DNA of 64,000 nucleotides. Origin: Thermoplasmata archaeon. GTDB lineage: Archaea > Thermoplasmatota > Thermoplasmata > Lutacidiplasmatales > UBA184. The first letter of the stretch is position 1, and the number at the start of each line of letters is the position of its first letter. Below the pieces are notes generated by a model. It was not told the DNA's origin. It saw nothing but the letters and a program-made list of their open reading frames with translations, and did not search any database. The stretch spans positions 6,875 to 70,874 of the forward strand of contig JBEKJG010000001.1 of the NCBI GenBank assembly GCA_050011355.1, written 5' to 3'. Positions 45,642 to 53,422 of the stretch are shown here, piece after piece. Made by a program: the position numbers and the translations under genes.

Positions 45642-46564
45642 ACGAGCGGACGGTCGCGACCGGGCTGTTCCTTCTCCCCTTCTTCTACGTCGCGGCGCGG
45701 GTGCTCTCCCTCTTCCCGGTCGGCGACCTCGGGGTCTTCTTCGCCTTCGGCACCTGCGTCGCGATCGCGCTCATCCTCGGACTCGGGGGCTCCACGGGCC
45801 AGCTCGTCGCCGTCGCGCTGGACATCCTTCTGGTCGTGCTCGTCGTCGCCGCGCTCGTCGCCGCGACGACGTTCGCCGGCCTCGCGAGCCAGCTCACCGC
45901 GGGGGTCCTGGTCGGGCTCCCCTTCCTGGTCGCCGCCCTCTCCTGGCGCGAACGGTCCGGGCTCGCGCACCGGACGGTGGCGCTCGGCGTGGCGATCACC
46001 GCTGCGACCGCGCTGCTGGCCGCCCGGGCCTCCGTGCTCGGAAGCTCGCTCCCGGCGTCCCCGACCGATTTCGTCCAGGCGTTCTTCACGACCAACCTGA
46101 CGCAGCTGCAGGGGCTGGGCACGATCGCGAACGGGCTGGCCGAACCCAACCTCCCGCTCCGGGCGGTCTTCGACCCGACGTTCGCCGCACTGTGCGCCCT
46201 GGCGGCGGGAGGGGTGCTCCTCCTGGTGCTGCGGCCCCGCTCCGGTACGGAGGAGAAGCTCCCGACGGCCACGACCCTCGGGCGGAGCACCCCGGCTCCG
46301 AGATCCGAGGAGCTCGTGCCGTTCTCCGAGGCGCAGCGCCGGGCCTTCGAGAGCCGCTCTCCCGACGAGCCTCCCACGGGTTCCTGGCCCCCGGGGCTGG
46401 GCTCAGTGGTCCTCGCGGCGCTCGCGAGCGCCGGGTTCATCGCGGTCGCCTTCGAGAGCCCGTTCTACGCGCCGATGGTCGTCGCGGTCGGTGTCGCCGC
46501 CGTGCTGCTCGGGATCGGGCTCCTGACCTATCGGGGCTCCACCGGGCGCCGTCTCCGCAGCTAG
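45638..46564 (+). CDS. polytopic membrane protein, family unassigned (last gene of the MoxR cluster)
   Basis: The ATG at 45638 overlaps the DUF58 stop (ATGA). About 7-8 hydrophobic helices, including two in the last 50 aa. Confidence 0.65.
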   Translation: MNERTVATGLFLLPFFYVAARVLSLFPVGDLGVFFAFGTCVAIALILGLGGSTGQLVAVALDILLVVLVVAALVAATTFAGLASQLTAGVLVGLPFLVAALSWRERSGLAHRTVALGVAITAATALLAARASVLGSSLPASPTDFVQAFFTTNLTQLQGLGTIANGLAEPNLPLRAVFDPTFAALCALAAGGVLLLVLRPRSGTEEKLPTATTLGRSTPAPRSEELVPFSEAQRRAFESRSPDEPPTGSWPPGLGSVVLAALASAGFIAVAFESPFYAPMVVAVGVAAVLLGIGLLTYRGSTGRRLRS

Positions 46565-49306
46565 CGGCGCACGCTGGCCCGAGGACTTGGTCTCGCCCTT
46601 GGGGGGACGCTCCGGTCGGAGGCGACCCCAGAACCCTGCCCGGCGGGAACGGCCCGCCGGCGGCGCCGCCGGTACGGGCACCTCCGGCACCGGCGCGGCC
46701 GGTGCCCGGAGGATCGTGAGATAGACCGCCGCAAGGACCAGCGCGACCCCCGGAAGGAGGAGGAGCGGCCATACGGACGTGGCGTCGGGCGGCAGCAGGG
46801 CGAGGTTGTTCTGTCCTCCCGGGGATGGGCCGGAGTGGGCCCGGGTGAGGTTGATCGCGTACCTCGGGAGCACCTCTCCAGCCGAGAGCGCGAGGGTCGA
46901 CTGGTTCGTGTCGTACCCGGTCGCCGACGCGATGATCTCGTAGGTTCCTGCCGAGAGCGACGAGAAGTTCGCCCACCCCTGCGTGTCGGAGAGCAGGGTC
47001 CCGATGCTTACGAGCACGACGCTCGCGCTCCCGATCGGCTGGTGGCTGGCGTTGTCGAGAATGAGGGAGTGGATCGCGCCCTCGGGCACGGGGGTCAGCG
47101 CCACGGTGAGCGAGTCGAGGATCCCGGGTTGCAGCCACTGCGGCGGAACGGTCCGATTCTCTTGGAACCCCGGAGCCCATGCGGTGAGGGTGTAGTTCCC
47201 GGCCAGGAACGGGGTGAGCAGGACCCCCCTCGCGGCGGACTCCGAGAACTTCGCCGGCGAATCGACCACGGGCGGGGTCACGGTGAAGTTCAGTTGGGCC
47301 GAGGAGACCTGCTGCAGCGTCTGCGCGCTCACGACCGTGAGGTCGAGGTCCCCGGGAGGGGCCGACCGGAGCTCGATCGTCGCGGGGGCCACCCCCGTCG
47401 GCGGGACGAGCACGTCGGTCGTGTTCGGACCGAAGTAGGGCGCCGTCGCGGTCAGGAGCTCGCTGCCCAGGTCGGTCGTCGAGACGTTCAGCTCTCCGGT
47501 CGGCCCGCTCAATCCGAGGAGGTCGCTGTTGAGCAGCACGGAGGCGTTCTGCAGGCGGACCACGGTCCCGTTCGGTAGCTCGCCGAGCACTCGGATCTCG
47601 AGGAGGGTCAGCGGGGTCAGCACCAGGCGCTCCACGACCGTCTGGCCCGGGCCGAAATTGCCCGCGACGGAGGCGGTGTGGAACCCCGGGGCCCAGGCCG
47701 TGGCCGTGCCCTCGAACGCGGGTACGCTCGAGTAGTTGGCCCAGCCGTACTGGTCCGTCATGAGTCCGGGGGTCACGGGGCGATCCCCTACCGTGACGTT
47801 CACGAGGGCCCCGACGAACGGGACCCCGCTCGAGAGGGCCACGTGGACTTCGACCGCGGCCGGGGCTACCCCCGACAAGAGCACCGAGAACACGGTCGAC
47901 TGGCCCGGCGGCAGCCAGAGCGATTCGATGAACGTTTGGAACCCCGCCGCCGAGACGTTGAGTGTGATCTCCTCTGAGGGGAGCCCGGTGGTGTTCGAGT
48001 ATCCTTGCGCATTGGTGATCCCGCTCGATACCACTCCCGTCCGGACGACCGCGTACTCGATCGGGACGGCACCGGAGGCGGCTTCGACCCGAACGGAGAG
48101 CGAGGCGGGCGATGCGAGGCGCCACGTACCGTTGAACAGGTTCCCCGCGGCACTCCCGCCGCTCATGAGCAGCGTCTCGTTGCCGTAGACGTCGAACCAG
48201 GCGGCCGAGGCGCCGTACCGCGCGTCGGGAGCCCCAGCGGCCTGCTGGGTCGACCAGGAATTCGAGAGCGGTAGGAAGATCGTCGTGTCCCCATAGACCG
48301 TCGACCCGTCGGTCCCGCCGAACAGCACATCGCCCTGGAGGAACGGGTCGTACACCCAGACCGACTCCATCCGCGGGGCCGGGACGGTCCCGCCGCCGGG
48401 TTGCAGCACGGCCCAGTCCGCGGTGAGCGGGCTGAACTGCCAGACGCGGTCGGAGCACGGGTAGCAACCACCGAACAGTTCGAACGTCTGCGTCGAAGGG
48501 TCCCACGTCATTCCCGCCCCGTAGACCGCGGGCGGACCGGTGCCCGATGGGACCGTCACGCGGCTCCACACGTCGGTGGAGAGGTTGAACTCCCAGGTGT
48601 CCGAGAAGGTCACCTCACCCGTCCCCTGATAGTCGGGGTCCGACCCTCCGAACAGGAGCCCGACCCCCAGGGTTGGGTCGATCGAGAACGCGGCGTCCTG
48701 CCGTGGCGCGGGCGCGACGGGTCCCGTGACGTTCCTCCAGGTCCCCGAGGAGAAATTGAACAGCCACGTATCATTGGCCGAGAGCCCGGTCCCCGCGTTC
48801 GTCTCACCCCCGAAGAGTACCGCTTCGCCGGTGGCGGCATCGCTCGCGAACGCGAAACCTGCGCGCGCAGACGGGACCGCGCCCGGGGGTTCGGCCAGTG
48901 CCGTCCAGGTATCGGACGCCTCGTTGTACTCGAGCGTCGAGTTCGTGAGACCCGTCGCGGTGTCCCCTCCGAACTGGACGGCCAGGGCGAGGGACGAATC
49001 GGCCACCATGCCGGCGCCGGTGACGTTCACCGGATAGCGGTCGAACAGCGAGGTCCATGTCAGCAGCGAGGTCGAGTTCTCTGGCCCCAACGACGAGCTT
49101 CGGGGGGCCGACGGGCACCCGGCTGAGCACGCCCTGGCCGAACGCTCGACTTCCGTGACCAGCCTTCCTATCGAGGGAGGCGGCCCCGGGTGGGCCGTCG
49201 ATAGGCCCGCAAGCAGCAGGGAGGCAAGGAGCACGAGAATGAGCGCGGTGGGGAGGCGGGGGACCGTTGCGCTCACCGACTCACCTACCCCGACGCCGGT
49301 ACCCAA
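46403..49306 (-). CDS. large surface protein: signal peptide, Kelch-type beta-propeller, several CarboxypepD_reg/Ig-like beta-sandwich domains, TM anchor, Pro-rich tail
   Basis: Kelch-like blades (…AVLFGGETNAG…NDTWLFNFSSGTWRNV…; …LLFGGSDPD…SDTWEFNLSTDVWSRV…), then repeated units such as ...GYSNTTGLP..ITLNVSAAGFQT..., then the helix WPLLLLPGVALVLAAVYLTIL. Start at TTG 49306 or GTG 49276. Confidence 0.8.
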   Translation of the reverse strand: MGTGVGVGESVSATVPRLPTALILVLLASLLLAGLSTAHPGPPPSIGRLVTEVERSARACSAGCPSAPRSSSLGPENSTSLLTWTSLFDRYPVNVTGAGMVADSSLALAVQFGGDTATGLTNSTLEYNEASDTWTALAEPPGAVPSARAGFAFASDAATGEAVLFGGETNAGTGLSANDTWLFNFSSGTWRNVTGPVAPAPRQDAAFSIDPTLGVGLLFGGSDPDYQGTGEVTFSDTWEFNLSTDVWSRVTVPSGTGPPAVYGAGMTWDPSTQTFELFGGCYPCSDRVWQFSPLTADWAVLQPGGGTVPAPRMESVWVYDPFLQGDVLFGGTDGSTVYGDTTIFLPLSNSWSTQQAAGAPDARYGASAAWFDVYGNETLLMSGGSAAGNLFNGTWRLASPASLSVRVEAASGAVPIEYAVVRTGVVSSGITNAQGYSNTTGLPSEEITLNVSAAGFQTFIESLWLPPGQSTVFSVLLSGVAPAAVEVHVALSSGVPFVGALVNVTVGDRPVTPGLMTDQYGWANYSSVPAFEGTATAWAPGFHTASVAGNFGPGQTVVERLVLTPLTLLEIRVLGELPNGTVVRLQNASVLLNSDLLGLSGPTGELNVSTTDLGSELLTATAPYFGPNTTDVLVPPTGVAPATIELRSAPPGDLDLTVVSAQTLQQVSSAQLNFTVTPPVVDSPAKFSESAARGVLLTPFLAGNYTLTAWAPGFQENRTVPPQWLQPGILDSLTVALTPVPEGAIHSLILDNASHQPIGSASVVLVSIGTLLSDTQGWANFSSLSAGTYEIIASATGYDTNQSTLALSAGEVLPRYAINLTRAHSGPSPGGQNNLALLPPDATSVWPLLLLPGVALVLAAVYLTILRAPAAPVPEVPVPAAPPAGRSRRAGFWGRLRPERPPKGETKSSGQRAPLAAETAPGGAPIGQEPDPEQHGGDTDRDDHRRVERALEGDRDEPGARERREDH

Positions 49307-49644
49307 CGTTCGGCGTGCCTCCGTCTAGCCGATGCCTCTACATTGAGTTTGGCGACCCAAATTCCGACCCTCCGAGAGCCCGAAAGCACGTGCGGGCCGC
49401 AGGCGACCGACTCCCGTTCGGGTCGACGACCGTTCACCCGCCTCACCTTACGGCACGGGCCGCGTGGACGGGTATCTGTTCGTAGCACCGGAACGTTCAC
49501 GGTTCGGAAACACAGCCTCCGTCCCGGGAGACTCGCCCTGGCTCCCAGTGGCCCTAATGCGGGTCCGCGGGCTCGGCGGGGAGTGAGCAGGCCGCGGCCC
49601 CAACCCCGTCCTCAGACCGGATCGCGGCTTCTCGATCGCGGGCG

Positions 49645-50838
49645 GTGTCGCCGCCACCCATGACCCGGAGACTGACCGGCCTGCCGTTGCGCCTGATGGA
49701 GTATCCGGCGGAGACGGTCACGAACCGGCGATTCGCTGGAACGGAGATCTCCCGGCTGGACCGATTCTACCTGCCGCCGGCGCTCACCACTCTCTACGAC
49801 CCGGATCCGCTCGCGACGCGGGAGTTCATCGAGGACGACAACCGGGCCGCGATTCTCCCGGATCCGATCGCCACCCTCGACGGGAGGGAGTTCTTCCTTT
49901 CGGTCAAGGGAGTCGGGTCGACCATCGACCCGTACTCTTGGAAGCCGCTCGACCGGTCGTACGCCTCCGAGCTGGTCTCCGACCCGGACGTCGGGGCTCG
50001 GCTCCAACGGGCCCCGACGGATTCTCCCGACCGGATCATCACGGGAGAGCTGTGGTTGCGGGGTTCCCCGTACGGTGGACAGGGCTGGGAGCACGCCTCC
50101 GCCGCGCTCGCCGTCTCGGAACGCGCGAACCTCACGGACCTGGCCGGCTTCCGGATCGCACCCGTGGTCAAGGTCGCCTACCTTCCGGCCGAGCTCGAGG
50201 AGCGGCTCCGGAAGATCTACTGGTACCGACGGTATCCCGGGCGGATGGTCCAGGAGCTCCGGCTCGTCCCCTCGAACGTCCGAGTGTACTTCCACGCCCG
50301 GACGACCGTAGGGAACGACATCGGTCACGTGTTCGACCAGTTTGCGATCGCGACCCCGCAGGCTGCGCTGGCCTTCGAGGTGAACTTCCTCCGGACCACA
50401 GTGCCCATGCTCACGCTGTTCGCGCGCACCCTGACCCACGGGGAAGGCGACGGTCCGTACCGGGGACTCGACTTCCACGACGTATGGCTGGACAAGGACG
50501 CGGTGATCGCACCGGACGGCGCGGTGTTCTTCGTTGACCTCGAGGGGATCGAGGAGGTCGCCGTTCCGCGGTCGGAGGTGGTCGAGCGGATCGAGGACCA
50601 GATCTACCGAACCCTCTACGAGCTCACGTTCGCCTACGAACAGATCGACCGGGAACGTCTCCGTCGATTTGGCGGCTCGAGCCCCCGACGGCACCGGTTC
50701 GAGACCCTCCTGCGCGAAGCCTTGCGGGACGACCGGTTCGTCCGGCTCGTTCCCGGAACCGATTCCTTCGAGCTGGAGATTCGCAACAACTGTCAAGAGG
50801 AGGCGCTGTGTACGCGGTTCCGGATGGTCGACGGTTGA
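49645..50838 (+). CDS. hypothetical soluble protein with protein-kinase-like motif order (first gene of an uncharacterised operon)
   Basis: Protein-like composition across 397 aa. Motifs FLSVKGVGST, GELWLRGSPYGGQG, LRLVPSNVRVYFHA, FHDVWLDKDAVIAPDGAVFFVDLEG. Start at GTG 49645 or ATG 49660/49696. Confidence 0.7.
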   Translation: MSPPPMTRRLTGLPLRLMEYPAETVTNRRFAGTEISRLDRFYLPPALTTLYDPDPLATREFIEDDNRAAILPDPIATLDGREFFLSVKGVGSTIDPYSWKPLDRSYASELVSDPDVGARLQRAPTDSPDRIITGELWLRGSPYGGQGWEHASAALAVSERANLTDLAGFRIAPVVKVAYLPAELEERLRKIYWYRRYPGRMVQELRLVPSNVRVYFHARTTVGNDIGHVFDQFAIATPQAALAFEVNFLRTTVPMLTLFARTLTHGEGDGPYRGLDFHDVWLDKDAVIAPDGAVFFVDLEGIEEVAVPRSEVVERIEDQIYRTLYELTFAYEQIDRERLRRFGGSSPRRHRFETLLREALRDDRFVRLVPGTDSFELEIRNNCQEEALCTRFRMVDG

Positions 50839-50839
50839 A

Positions 50840-52363
50840 ATGACGAACTGCCAGGAGATCTACAACTTCCTGCTGTGCGTCAGCCGCCGCGCGGGGGTAC
50901 CGGCCATCTCCGACGCGGACCTGGCGACCCTTCAGCAGATGAACCTCATCCGACAGCTGACCGCGGACGAGTTCGCGCAGCTCACCCAGCAGGCCCATGA
51001 ACTCTACGACTCCCAGGTGGCCCTCTCGGCCGAGCAGCGCCAACGCCAGGCGCTCGCGGTCCAGGCCCAGGAGGACGACCGAAAGACCCACTCGATCCTG
51101 TTCCACCTCGAAGGTAGGGAGAAGCAGGAGGCCCTCCTCCGGCGGGAAGCCGGGGACCAGGCCTCGCTCAAGGCCACGACGGACGACCTGGCGGGCCGGA
51201 TCCGGGCCGTCGATCAGATGGTGGTCAACCAGTCCCTCCTGGGGACGATGTCCGCCTACGGGAACGGGTTCGTCGGGCTCACAAGCCTCGGCGCCGCCGC
51301 GTTGCGAGACCTCGGCGTCCGCCTGTACCGGGTCGCGGACCGTCCGTTCGACCAGTACTGGCAGCAGAGCCAGGCCGTGACGGCCGAACTGAACACCATC
51401 GCCGGCCGCAGCAGCCAGTACATCGCCGGCCTCGTTCCGCGTCTCGGCGGGGTCGACCGGTCCTACCTCTGGTCGATCGCCGTCGGCCTGGCGAAGCGCG
51501 ACGGGGATGTCGCGACGGTCGGGTCGACGTTCCTCGACGCGTACACGCGCCTCGCTCCGCTCACGGGCAACGACGAGAACCGACTGATGTCGGCGGAGAT
51601 GATCTCCTCCCTCCCCCGGACCCCGGAACAGAGCCTCCCGCTGCTCACCCAGCTCGAGCACGACGTCCGGAAGGCCGGTGTTCCCAAGGAGTCCTCCCTC
51701 GGCGTGGCGTCGATCCTCCTCCTCGGCCAGCGGGCCGACGGCACCTTCGCGACCGCCAACCTCTCGACCTTCCTCCGCGTCACGAAGTCGTACGAGTCGG
51801 CCGGTCTGCTGGCGATCGTGAACCGCCCGTTCGACGAGCTCGGTCAGAAGTTCAGCCAGTTGCGCGCGATGTTCGGCGGATGGGGATTCCAGCCCTCCGA
51901 GGACGTCGAACTCGCCTCCTCCTACCTCGCGGTCTCCGACCTTCCCGTCGAGGGGATCGGCACGAAGCTCGCCATCATCACGCGAGGGATGGCGACGTAC
52001 CTGCAGTATCCGCTGGTCGCGTCCGCGATCCTCGCCTCCATCCCGGTCCTCGAGGCGAACGACACGCTCAACCTGCTCGAACAGGGGTACGGGATCATCG
52101 CCCGCACCGCCGGAGGGCTCACCCAGGCCGAGCTCATCTGCCTCGCCGTGCGCATGGTCCACGGGATCCGGGCGGAGACGATCACCGGAGTGGACACGAC
52201 GGCCACGGCGGCTCCCGCCCCGTCGGCCTCCTACTATGCCTACGGCCCCCGGTTCTTCTTCGTCCCGATCTTCGTCGCGCACGGGGCCTACTTCTCGACC
52301 TACAGCGGGCTGGGTGGCGCCCACCCGGGACACGCGCACTTCGTGGGCGGGTTTACCGGATGA
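50840..52363 (+). CDS. hypothetical 507-aa helical protein (coiled-coil N-terminal third; His/Gly/aromatic C-terminal tail)
   Basis: The ATG at 50840 lies 1 nt after the upstream TGA. The listed ORF start at 50534 is an off-frame overlap. Recurrent helical units; C-terminus YYAYGPRFFFVPIFVAHGAYFSTYSGLGGAHPGHAHFVGGFTG. Confidence 0.7.
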   Translation: MTNCQEIYNFLLCVSRRAGVPAISDADLATLQQMNLIRQLTADEFAQLTQQAHELYDSQVALSAEQRQRQALAVQAQEDDRKTHSILFHLEGREKQEALLRREAGDQASLKATTDDLAGRIRAVDQMVVNQSLLGTMSAYGNGFVGLTSLGAAALRDLGVRLYRVADRPFDQYWQQSQAVTAELNTIAGRSSQYIAGLVPRLGGVDRSYLWSIAVGLAKRDGDVATVGSTFLDAYTRLAPLTGNDENRLMSAEMISSLPRTPEQSLPLLTQLEHDVRKAGVPKESSLGVASILLLGQRADGTFATANLSTFLRVTKSYESAGLLAIVNRPFDELGQKFSQLRAMFGGWGFQPSEDVELASSYLAVSDLPVEGIGTKLAIITRGMATYLQYPLVASAILASIPVLEANDTLNLLEQGYGIIARTAGGLTQAELICLAVRMVHGIRAETITGVDTTATAAPAPSASYYAYGPRFFFVPIFVAHGAYFSTYSGLGGAHPGHAHFVGGFTG

Positions 52364-53406
52364 ACTCCCTCCGGCTGCTGCTCGCGGTCGCGCTGGTCGT
52401 CCTGATCCTCCCGGCGGCTGGGGCGGCCGGCGATGGCCACTACGTGCCCAAGGCCGGCGACCAGTTCCATTACGCCGAGACGATCTTTCTGAACGGGGGG
52501 ATCGGCAACTACACCGGCTACACCGAGAGCACGTACCTGAACGGCACGCTCGGTGTCACCGCGGTCGCGGCCAACGGGACGGAGTCGGCTTCCTACTCGA
52601 GCTCCGGGCGGTGGAGCAACAACACCGGCTCGAGTCAATCGCTCGTCTCCTCGGGGACGTTCACCTTCTCCGCCACCTCCTTCCTCTACGTCCAGGGCAC
52701 CGACAACCAGACGGGCTACACGAACCCGTACGTCTGGTTCTACATGGACAACACGCTCGCCGACGGGGCGACGTTCTACCTCCTGAACACGCAGATGTCG
52801 GTCACGTCGACCGACGCGAGCTACGCCCTCGCCAGCACACCGGGGAAGTACGTCTCGACGATCGAGGCGCAGGGCACCGGGTCGTTCCAGCGGGATGACG
52901 AGTATGGCGTCTTCACGGCCAGCTACACCTGGACCTCCTACTTCGACCCCGCGACCGGGTACGTCGTCGGCTACCTCTACACCGAGCAGGACCGGGATTC
53001 CTCCGGGGATGGGTTCACGATGACCGACCTGCTCTACGTCACGAGCACGAGCTATCCGCTCACCTCCGCCGCCGCCCCGTCCACCCCCTCGTCGAGCTCC
53101 CCGTCGTTCCTGCCGTACCTCGTGGTCGTCGTCATCGTCCTCGTGCTGATCGCGGTCCTCGTAGTCGCGCTTCGATCCCGCTCCCGGCGCACGACGCCGC
53201 TCCCGCGACATTCCGCGGGGGGCGCGGTGAGCTATGCCCCCCCTCCGGGGTCGGTGCCGCCGCCCATCGGTCTCATTCCGAACCAGCAGCCACCCGTCCC
53301 CCAGGTCGTCCTCCGGGAGACGGTCAAGGTCAACTGCCGCTACTGCGGCACGCTCATCGATACGACCGACTCCGTGTGCCCCAACTGCGGGGCACCACGG
53401 ACCTAG
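52360..53406 (+). CDS. hypothetical surface protein: signal peptide, S/T/Y/N-rich beta domain, S/P linker, TM helix, Pro-rich cytoplasmic tail ending in a zinc ribbon
   Basis: The ATG at 52360 overlaps the upstream stop (ATGA). MNSLRLLLAVALVVLILPAAGAAG; sequons NYT, NGT, NNT, NQT; helix YLVVVVIVLVLIAVLVVAL followed by RSRSRR; C-terminus CRYCGTLIDTTDSVCPNCG. Confidence 0.7.
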   Translation: MNSLRLLLAVALVVLILPAAGAAGDGHYVPKAGDQFHYAETIFLNGGIGNYTGYTESTYLNGTLGVTAVAANGTESASYSSSGRWSNNTGSSQSLVSSGTFTFSATSFLYVQGTDNQTGYTNPYVWFYMDNTLADGATFYLLNTQMSVTSTDASYALASTPGKYVSTIEAQGTGSFQRDDEYGVFTASYTWTSYFDPATGYVVGYLYTEQDRDSSGDGFTMTDLLYVTSTSYPLTSAAAPSTPSSSSPSFLPYLVVVVIVLVLIAVLVVALRSRSRRTTPLPRHSAGGAVSYAPPPGSVPPPIGLIPNQQPPVPQVVLRETVKVNCRYCGTLIDTTDSVCPNCGAPRT

Positions 53407-53422
53407 GTCGACGGCCGGCGGG

